From the NCBI RefSeq assembly GCF_009914755.1, contig NC_060928.1: DNA of 64,000 bases. One strand, written 5' to 3'. Positions 54,553 through 64,000 of this stretch are shown here, in pieces. Origin of the DNA: the human T2T-CHM13v2.0 reference genome, Homo sapiens. Positions within the stretch are counted from its first letter, which is position 1. Each line of letters starts with the position of its first letter. The position numbers were made by a program, and so were the translations under genes. The notes beneath the pieces were generated by a model. That model ran no database searches and was not told where the DNA came from. It saw only the letters and a program-made list of their open reading frames with translations.

Positions 54553-54849
54553 TTTTTTTTGAGATGGAGTCTCACTCTGTTGCCCAGGCTGGAGTTCAGT
54601 GGCGCGATCTTGACTCATTGCGACCTCTGCCTCCCAGGTTCAGGGTTCAAGTGATTCTCCTGCCTCAGCCTCTGGAGTAGCTGGGATTACAGGCACAGAC
54701 CACCACGCCTGGCTAATTTTTGTATTTTTAGTAGAGACGGGGTTTCGCCACATTGTCTAGGGTGGTCTAGAACTCCTGACCTCAAGTGATCCACCCCTCT
54801 TGGCCTCCCAAAGTGCTGGGATTACATGTGTGAGCCACCGCGCCTTGCC
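54553..54849 (-). mobile_element. AluS (Sz/Sx-like), with a 7-bp internal duplication
   Basis: gagatggagtctcactctgttgcccagg...ggttcagggttcaagtg...gacctcaagtgatccacc...gagccaccgcgcc. Confidence 0.94.
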
Positions 54850-55029
54850 AGCCATACTTTCTTAACTTGAATTACTATCCCTCATCCCATCACTCCCCAA
54901 AGCATTTATCAGGTAACTGTTTTTGGTCCACACATAATTTCTCCTTATATTGAGAACCTACTAGGTGCCTGGTACTGTCAGAGGTAGCAGGCATAATATT
55001 TAAAACAAAACAAAACAAAACAAAAAAGC

Positions 55030-55175
55030 AGCGACCTTTGAAGTTTTGAATCCCAGTTCAACACCTACCAGCTGTGTAACCTTGGATGAGATTCTTAACC
55101 TTTTAGTGACTCAGTTGTCTTATCTATAAATGAGTAATAATGGTACCTCAATATATATTAGCTATTACTATGTAT
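55030..55175 (+). mobile_element. MIR fragment
   Basis: ttgaatcccagttcaacacctaccagctgtgtaaccttgg...ctcagttgtcttatctataaatg. Confidence 0.7.
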
Positions 55176-56689
55176 TAGAGGCAGAAGGATGACAAAGACT
55201 GAGGACATGTTCCTTGCTTTTGTGAGGCTTATTGTCTTGTGAGGAAGCTAGCACATAAAGAAATATTATCTACATGGTATGCTAAATTCCAGGGCTGTTG
55301 TTGGCTTATATGATGGTATGCAGCAGTCCCAGTAAAGGCTGTGATAACACAGTAGATAGGAAGCTATCCAAACTGGAGCATTCCTGTAAGTGAAACAAAA
55401 TTTTTGCTTTACTGCAGGTTCAGAACATAAATACACGATATTTCAGCTGGTTCACTGAACTTAGAAAATTATCATGTGTCCCTTAATTATGAGCCGCTTC
55501 CATGTGAATGATTAGTGTGCTTTTCTTTCCTCTTTTCTGTTTCCTTCTCAGCACTATAGAGCCATGGCTTCTTAGTATCTTCACATCTCCTAACCACATT
55601 TCTGATTCTCTCTGGCTTCTATTTTGGGCCTGGACACTCAAGGTTGGGAAGCAAACAGCCAAGTCCGGTAGGCAGCATCTCAGCAGACTTCTCATCTTCT
55701 CATGACTTCCACATTCTTCCTCAGTTGCTCCTCATCCCAGCCCTACAGCCTGTAACCAAACTCCAGGAAACCCCCTGCATAGCATGCCTGGTGAGCGCTC
55801 TAAGATGATCATTACTATCTAAACATTTCCTCCTTCCTGAACCCTGGGAATCTTTTTTGTTTGTTTCTTATTTCTTTCTATAAAACCTCAAAAACATGTA
55901 TAGAATATGGAAGAAACTGTCGCCTTGTGTTCTGTTTCAGAATGACTGGAGAGGAGGGGAAGCCCTACTCTGAGAAGTAGGTGATGTGCATTGATGGTGC
56001 AGAAGATGAATCACATGAACCCTACCTCTGAGGAGGATATGATCCATAAGGCAAGACACACACAAACATATCCCATGACAATGTGATGCAAGATACAAAG
56101 CATTTATATACACAATACAGAAAAAAAATAGAGGCTGTTAGGCAGGCTACAGATCCAGAAAAATGAAGGGATAAATGAAGGAATGAGATGTGAGAAAATG
56201 TTCACAAGTAACAGGGGAGAAATAGGTGGTAAATAGGGAAAATGACCCTAAACCCATGAATAGAGGAAAGGAGGTAGTTGTGGAAGTGAGGCTATAGATG
56301 TGTGTCTAGGTAGGGGAAGGTGTGTCATTGAGTAGATTCTACTCAATGGCCTTGCTTGTGTTGGAAACAAAGCCATCTGTGGATTGTGGGGGAGGGAATA
56401 GATGATTACAAAGGTTTGGAATATTAACTGAGAGGAATTAGGGAGCTGACCAAAAAGGAGCAGAGAGACGTATAAGTGGCATAAAAACTCTGAAAGAGTT
56501 GGGAAGGCAAGAGATTGAAATGATGGCAATCATCGTGGCTGTGTGATTTCCCTCAATAGCACTGAAGTACAAAGGAAAAAAAGAGTAGAAAAGGAAGATT
56601 TGAATTCGATCCAGATTTGTGGTTCAAAGATGTCATAGATATTGGTACAAGAGCAATTTATGTGATTGACTGGGAGGTTTAGACCAGCC

Positions 56690-57215
56690 AAACACTCTTT
56701 ATTGCTGGTAGGATAAAGTTCAACATCCTTAAACACTGGTGGCCCTATAGCCCACGTGATTTAACCTGCTTCAGCTCTATCAGTCTTCTTTCTTCAGCAC
56801 AGCTCCTGTGCCCCAGACTCATTTGGGTATTTTCAGTTCATCTGCTCTCCTTGGAAGTGCAAATATCTCATGCCTCAGAGCTTTTGAATATGCTTGTCCT
56901 TCTGTGAGAATACCCTTCTTCACATTCTGCTTGGCTGGCTCCTCATTATTTAGCTTCTACATAAATTTGGAAACTATCTCAGAGACAAGCTTCTCAGAGA
57001 AAGATTCTTAGGCCCCTGGCGTGGTAAGCTCCCCCTGCACCTACACTCCATTTTCTAATATTCATCACACTTGTAATTACTCGCCCACTACCTTTCTCCC
57101 TGAGATATTCCAGGTTCTTTGAGCATGTTTCTCATTTTGACTGCTACATCTTGTGTCTTTCACATACTCTGCTCACAGTAGATGCTCAGTGAACATTTGC
57201 TGAGAGAATGAGTAG
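56690..57215 (+). mobile_element. L2 3' fragment
   Basis: ggataaagttcaacatcctt...catgcctcagagcttttgaatatgc...cacagtagatgctcagtgaacatttgctga. Confidence 0.68.
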
Positions 57216-57543
57216 ATAAGTTGATCATCCTGAAAGGCACTGGAAGGATATAAAGCAGGAAATCGGGGCATGAGTCTGGGCAGATGCATATGCCAGAGAT
57301 TTAGATTTCAGAGTTGGGGAAGCTTTTCACAATGGCATCAGTCAAGATGTGCCAAGAGGAGAGGATTGCTCACGTTGAGTGGTGGTCTTCAGAGCTGCGA
57401 GTGTCAAAGAACTGCAGGGCTGCTGTGTTAGATGATTTATTTTTTCAAATGATGATGGAAAACACTCAAGTTATTGGTACAGTTGAGGTTGGAAAGTGGC
57501 ATAAAATCTTAGGGTCTAATGTCTTTACTTAACAATGGAGAAT

Positions 57544-57847
57544 GGCTGGGCATGGTGGCTTATATCTGTAATATCAGTACTTTGGGAGGCCAAAGCATGT
57601 GAATCACTTGAGCCCAAGAGTTTGAGACCAGCGTGGGCAACATGGTGAAATCCTGTCCCTACAGAAAATACAAAAATTAGCCAGGCATGGTGATGCTGCC
57701 TGTGGTCCCAGCTACTCAGATGGGGGCTGAGGTGGGAGGATCACTGGAGCCCTGGGAAGCAGAGGTTGCAGTGAGCTGAGATTGCACCACTGTATTCCAG
57801 CCTGGGGGACAGAGTGAGACTGTCTCAAAAAAAAAAAAAAAAAAAAA
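57544..57847 (+). mobile_element. AluJ (Jb-like)
   Basis: cacttgagcccaagagttt, gggcaacatggtgaaa, gtggtcccagctac, gaggtgggaggatcac; A tail; flanking gagaat repeat. Confidence 0.92.
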
Positions 57848-59219
57848 GAGAGAATGATGAAAAAATCAGTAAATAACATACCCAAGAAGAAGTGGGTGGT
57901 AAAGCTAGGAGGTGACTTATCATCATTGGGTGTCAGGTCTTAAGATTTCCAGCTCACTGGAGTGGGGCCAGACTCACTGCTAGTCAGCATAGCATTACTG
58001 AGATAGTGCTAAACATTTGTTGAAAGCACAGTGCATATAATTTAGAAGCTTTTCAACAACAAGGTCTTAAAGTGGCATTTTCTGATTAACAAATGGTCAA
58101 TCACATAATTAAACTAGTCAGAAATCTGTATTTCCAAAGCATTCTCATTTATTTTTCTGTTTAGCACTTAATACTATTTATCAAATTTCATATTTAACTT
58201 AGCATCTGTCTCTCAGTAGTGGTAAGTTTTATGAAAGAGAAATTTTGATCTGTTTTGTCCACAACTCTATCCTCCGTGCCTAAAAATGCCTTGCACATAG
58301 TGAATACTCAGTAAACATCTGTTGAATGAAGGAATTTCATTTAATTAGGAGTTTGTTTTCTTTAGTTGTCAGAGGAGTTCAAGTAGATTTGGTAAATAAG
58401 ATGTATCTCGATTTTTAAATAATCTCTAAATCTATTTTAGAAATATTCTGTGCCTATGGAAGATGTGGGGTATTTGTTGTTGTTTTTAAAATAAAAGATA
58501 GAAAGCAAACCTTTCTGAGATGTGACTGTCAAATCCCAAGCTCTACAATATCTGCATGTGATACTGGACAAATCTCTGTAATATATCTTGGTTATAAATT
58601 GTAAGCATAATGAGAGGTACTTCGATCCTTCTCATCAACACACAGATTTAATATCCCCATATGAAATTGAAAGCTAACTCTATAAATCACTGCTGTAAGG
58701 TGTTGACTTCTTCAATGGCACTTTCAGTAATTTCCTTTGAATTCAAGCTTAATTTAAAAAAACCCCACAGGTTATGTTGCTAAATACCAAGTTTCTTATT
58801 TTCCTGTGAGATTTTTCTTCGCTATATTTCTTAGAAGAGATTGGTAAAAATATCTTTTAAATTAAGAAAACAAACCATTTATTTATGAGTTAAGTAATAC
58901 ATACTTTCAAAACCAATGATTGTCATAAGCGGTGCTCTAGAGTCAAATAGATTTTCAATAACAATTAAAATATTGCATACAAAATTATATGTTTGTGGTA
59001 CTACCTAGAAACATGGACTGTCTTTCTATTCTGTCAATGTAGAGCAGTGATGAAGGCAAAGAACCTTCCAGTGCCACTCTGATTGATGTGTTCTCCTCCT
59101 TGATAGGGCAGCACCCGGGGAGAGGGCAAGGCCACAGCAAGGGGACCTACTGTACAAAAGGCTGCCTGATCTGGGGCCATTGGGAAAAAAATGGCATGAT
59201 AGATCTTGGATGGTGTACC

Positions 59220-59404
59220 TAGAACTGCCAGATTGAGCAAACAAAAATACAGAACAACCAGCTAAGTTAGAATTTCAGATAAATGATGAATAATTTCTTT
59301 GTGTGTCCCATATAGTGCAAAGGACATGCTTATGTTAAGAAAATTTACTATTTATCTGAAGTTTAAATTTAACTGGGTGTCTCTTATCTAAGCTGGCAGT
59401 CCTA
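59220..59404. mobile_element. MER53 palindromic non-autonomous DNA transposon (hAT MITE)
   Basis: Terminal inverted repeats tagaactgccag / ctggcagtccta; internal arms gaatttcagataaa / tttatctgaagttt; central gtcccat...ggacat. Confidence 0.85.
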
Positions 59405-60368
59405 AGTGCATTCTAGTTTTCTTGCTATAGCTTTGAGCATTAAGACTTCCACAGGATGTGGACAATAAACCATATGGGTTCCTTGAATAGAGCTCTTTGC
59501 TTGTGTCATAAGAGGTGAAAGGGAATAGATCCTGTGAGAGTAGGTGGGCATATGCGTATAGTAAGTCTCACTGCTGGGCCTTTGCTTTTGATTTAGTCAA
59601 TTAAATGAAGGTTAAAATGAGCCTTTGACAGTGCAAACAGAGAAGGCTTCAAAGATATGCTAGGTAATGATGCAAAGCACCATTAAGGAGCCAGCAAGCT
59701 GATTCTGAGGGAGCCAGCTACCTCTCTCCTCTGCCCACTGACTTGTCATGCCTATGTATTAAAGGAAGTGGGGCAAGATTTGAGAGACTCAACTTGTAAG
59801 CATATCTCTAACAGTTTACTTTTAATAACATTGTTTGTATTGTGGAAATGAATTGAAAAAGAAATCATCATCAGTGGCAGTTTTAATGCTATTAAATGCC
59901 ACCAGATAGCTAAACTATGTAAGAAGCTTTGCTTTGAAAGCTCACCAACTGAGTTTCATTTGTAAACCTGGGGGGAGAACCCAAAAATTGTAGGAAACTG
60001 ATCAGTGAATAATTGAGGCTCAATTATTTTGCACAGAAATTCTTGTAAAAATACTAGCTCTGATTCTGTTTTCTTTGCAGATTCAGAGCAAAATCTGAGT
60101 ACAAAAATACAGATGTATATTGCTGATTTTTATATTTTTAATATCAAATATCTTCAGTAATGTTGAGAATGGAAAATATGGGCCCTTCTCCCAGCCTTGC
60201 CTATAACTAGTTATATATTATTTCACAAGGCATTTAATATTGCTGGGTTTTACATTCCCATCTTTAAAATGCAAATCATAGCATCTGTTATGCCATTCTC
60301 ATAGAGTTACTATGAGCTAAGTTGTAGTAATAAAGTCAAATGCCTTGAAAAACACCATGAAACGCATC

Positions 60369-60544
60369 AAAATTCGCTCCTGCTAGTTAATGTTCACTAA
60401 TGGCACAAGTGATTTTGATGAATTACTAAGGAGCCTGAATCAACTCTTGTAGTAGGTCCAAGTGTTAGAGCAGAAAAAAAAATATTGGCAAAAATACCAC
60501 TTTGGAAAAAAGCTTTGGTTTTGAGAGTGATGCTTGATAGAATG
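60369..60544 (+). repeat. Copy 1 of an unassigned dispersed direct repeat
   Basis: Aligns to 61622-61771: 77/90 identity over the first 90 nt and 32/33 over the last 33 nt. Confidence 0.9.
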
Positions 60545-61040
60545 TGCATAGCTGTTCCTTAGGTGTTCTGTAAGGCACAAAAGAAGTTTAAGACATGGTC
60601 CCTGTCCGTATGAAGGTTACAGTTCATTTGGAGAAAAAAAGAAAAGGTAGACTTGACGCTAAATAAAAATGCAGTACAGTTTGATTTAGTGTCCAATGCA
60701 TGGTGATGACAGTAGATTTCATGATTAAAATAAAGAAATTATTTCATAGAGTTAGTCTTCAGGATGGTTAGAGAGGGGTTTGAACAAATGAAAAGAAAAA
60801 AGGTCATTCTAGCCAGGGACATAATGTTGGAAAAGTTTTGACCAGGCTGTGTGTGTGGTCTATTGATAACAGGAAGGAGACTAGTCTGACTGGATCAAGA
60901 ATTTATTCTGGGAATAGTGCATAAAAGAATAGCATAAAAATAAAATTATACTGCACAAAATAGAAGTCTAAATAGGTAGGCTTATTCAAGAGCATATCAA
61001 GTCTGGAACATCAGGCTGAAGAGTTTGGTATCTTGATTTA
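60545..61040 (-). mobile_element. L2 fragment
   Basis: taagacatggtccctgtcc...gttacagttcatttggag...caggctgaagagtttggtatcttgatt. Confidence 0.6.
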
Positions 61041-61621
61041 TGAACAAATTATATATATGTAATTTACATATTATAATATATTATGTGATATATTAACATA
61101 TAATATATACACACATATATATCATGTGTATATATATACAATGTATACATCCTCTATTTTAATATAATATACATGAATATAACACTTGCATTCTCTATAT
61201 TATCTCAAAATGTCCTCTATTTTGATGACAGAACAACTGACATCTACTCAAAATATGACTTTAAAATACTGCTACTTTAAGAGAGGCCCCCTGAAAGCTA
61301 ACTTGTGTTTTGAAACTGTAACCACCATCAGCAAAAGCTATTATAGCTAATAGCTCTTTCATTCAATTTTTCAGGGTTCATGGATTCTGCAGTAATAATT
61401 TTTCTGATTGCTGTGTTACCTATTATTGGTTTATTTACTGCCTAATTTGAAATTCTCTTGCAGAATATTTTGGTTTCTTCCCCTACTAAGCTGTCTCAGT
61501 GTGGTTTACTGTACAGACAACATCCACTGTGGTTTCTGCTGTCATCCCTTCTCCACATATGTCTCACCCAGGGAACCATCTCCGTTTTAACGCTTTTAGA
61601 TTGGCTGCATTATAGACTTTT

Positions 61622-61771
61622 AAAATTCACTCCTACTAGTTAATGTTAACTAATGGCAAAAGTGATTTTGAAGAATTAGTAAAGACCCTGAATCAATTCA
61701 TTTAGCAGGTTCGCATGCTAAAGATTGGCATGAATACTGCTTTGTTTTTGAGAGTGATGCTTGATAGAATG
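61622..61771 (+). repeat. Copy 2 of the dispersed direct repeat
   Basis: aaaattcactcctactagttaatgttaactaatggc...ttgagagtgatgcttgatagaatg. Confidence 0.9.
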
Positions 61772-62554
61772 GTGTTTCATTCTATCCACCAGCCTGCTGA
61801 AAGAAGACATGGATGTAATTTTATGTGTCATGGTCAATCAGCACACTGTTAGATACAGTGCTGCCAAGGAAAATCAAAGGAAAAAAATTCAGTGATGATT
61901 TTTAGCCATGTTGCCAATGAAAATCTTACATTGACCGAGTCTAACTTTCTTTGTTGAGTTTTTGAACATGGCTGTGGAATATGGTCTTAATAAAAAATGA
62001 CCTATTACACAATTCTCTGTTTTAGTCCATTGGTAATGAGAAATGAATTGGCTGTGATGATGTCAATGGTGACACAACTGAGCAAACCTTCATTAAAAAG
62101 GAGATTTTCATGAATACTAGTTGAGAAGCCAAGCTTTTTAAAAAGTTGCTAAGGCCCATGTTCTGAAATGCTTCTTGACCATATAAAGTTAGTTCTGGCA
62201 TTTTCTGTACTTCTGTGCCCATCAAGATTTGTTCATCCTGCATTACTAAGGTCAAGTCTTCATTGTGAGTTTAGAAGTTGTGTGACAGTTTCTGATCATA
62301 ATACTACCAAGTAGGAACAAAGAGGATGCCATTAGAAAACATGTGCCATTGTCTCATTTTCATGTATCATGGAAAAGCTTAGTCAGACATTTAAGGAACT
62401 CTTCCACAAATGTCCAAATATATATAAAGCTTTTAGAGCTAAGCACATACTACAGGCAATAGGAGTATTTGTTGTCATAATTGTTATTATTATCATTTAT
62501 CATGAAATGTCTTAGCATTACTTGAGTAAATCTTCCTCAGTTTCTATAGCAGAA

Positions 62555-62990
62555 ACTGCTATATTAGATATTGGGTCTCTAATATCTATTCTACTCCTAT
62601 TAAAGCAATATAACTGAATATTGATGTTGTCTAGCCTCCTTCATATGTAGGGGAAGACAAGGACATATAAGAGGAAGTTGATGTGCAGAGCTTCCAGGAA
62701 AGTTCTTTAATAGTTCTAGCAGCTCTTTTGCTCCTCTGTAGTTCTTGTCTAGAATGTGGATGTGATGACAGTAGCTATAGAGACCACCTTACAAATTGGA
62801 GATGACCTTGAGGATGGGTACTAAAGAAGAGGAACATGGAGTGCCAATGATACAGGGGAGCCTCTGAAGCATCCCTGAACTTCCTACCCTCCTTCTCCCC
62901 CTCACCTCCTCCCACTGACTTGTTTGACATGAGAGAAAAGCAAACTCCTATATTATTTTAGTTACCCTTAATTTGCATACCAATTGCTAT
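62555..62990 (+). mobile_element. Old MaLR LTR (MLT1I/J-like)
   Basis: gcttccaggaaagttcttta...tagaatgtggatgtgatg...gacttgtttgacatgagagaaaa. Confidence 0.6.
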
Positions 62991-63256
62991 GGACCTGTGG
63001 TAATTCCTAAAGGACTCTGTATCCCCAGACTTTTCGCCTATTGGTATGTTTTAGAGTGATCGTTTCCTTTAAAAGTTTCTGGCCTTGCTTAAGGAGATAA
63101 GCTACATAAAAGTCAGAACCTGAGTTTATGCCATTTTGCTTCTTTCTTATTTAACAGCACACTATATAACTACAAGGCTTTTAATAAGTTATTTCTGATG
63201 CTGTTAACACCATTTGGGGCTTTAAAGATTGAAGTTTCCTAATCAGAGACTTGTTT

Positions 63257-63279
63257 TCTATCTATCTATCTATCTATCA

Positions 63280-63324
<45 letters not shown>
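63257..63324. repeat. Compound tetranucleotide STR (TCTA)5 TCAA (TCTA)11
   Basis: Counted directly; followed by degenerate TCTG/TGTA units. Confidence 0.95.
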
Positions 63325-63326
<2 letters not shown>

Positions 63327-64000
63327 ATCTGTCTATGTATCTATGTATCTATCTATAAATATGTATGTATGTTGTATATGTAATATATATCATAAACATG
63401 TATATATACACATGTGTACATACACAGGCTCTTTTCTCATGTCTCTAACATTTTAGCTTAATTCTCAACTGTTTTGCTCTAAAGCGCTGCTTAGTAAACA
63501 GAAAACATAGCCTTGGAAACAGATATAAAATAAAAACTAATTAGGAAAGAGAATATCAGATTGCCAAGCTTATTTTAAGTGTTCACTTATTTTGAATAGT
63601 TAAACTCATCCATTTCCTCTGAACTTAAATCTATGTCTAAACATGAAAAAGACTAGTCATTTTCCACATGCTCTGAAAATAATCTTTGTTCAATTAATAT
63701 AACTAACAACAGTAGACAGAGGGACACATAGATCCAGATTTTTGCTGACTGGACCACTATACGGAAGACTCTTGTCTGATTGATCACTTCAATCCATTCT
63801 CTACAACATACTTAATAATGGTTTTCTCACAAAAACATGACCATACCCCACTTATTGGAAGAGTTGTGAATACCAGTAAAATAATTTTAATAATAGATTA
63901 TAATATGCATTAGAATTTATTTTAAATTGTATTTAAATTTTTACCAACAAATACATTTACCTTAATAATGTTTCAGGTTTTTCATTTGATTTTGAGTAGG

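Noticed and set aside
55380-55990. Cluster of plus-strand splice-like sites (acceptors 55418, 55724, 55940; donors 55386, 55791)
   Set aside because: Individually moderate, no consistent exon chain or ORF; also applies to isolated acceptors at 46405 and 60080
60369-60544. C/D-box snoRNA reading of the direct repeat (tgatga, ctga)
   Set aside because: C-box word absent in copy 2, box spacing wrong and no terminal stem
62022-62255. 77-aa minus-strand ORF
   Set aside because: Non-ATG start, no recognisable domain, no flanking splice signals

Overview
AT-rich primate (most likely human; the sequence alone cannot separate human from other apes) intergenic or deep-intronic DNA. I found no credible protein-coding gene, tRNA, rRNA or CRISPR array, and no evidence for a new biological system. 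The ORF-track entries are L1, Alu or ERV remnants, or chance ORFs. The first ~40 kb is a dense nest of retroelements. It holds a near full-length minus-strand L1PB (~2.5-9.9 kb, with an Alu and an LTR12-like LTR inside), a MER11 solo LTR, and a plus-strand full-length L1PA15/16-type element (~17.1-24.0 kb) carrying a twin-primed younger L1PA and an Alu. Many MaLR, ERV1, ERVL, L2 and MIR fragments are also present. The most interesting result is that fragments between 14.6 and 27.1 kb reassemble into one ancient minus-strand class III (ERVL-like) provirus: 5' LTR, tRNA-Leu primer binding site (PBS), gag, pro, RT and a partial 3' LTR, split by four direct insertions. Its LTRs resemble LTR78, which I recall being catalogued as ERV1. 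The last ~24 kb is richer in unique sequence, with candidate conserved/regulatory segments, candidate non-coding exons, an unexplained ~150-175 bp dispersed direct repeat and a compound TCTA STR. Repeat subfamily names come from remembered consensus sequences, not from a database search.
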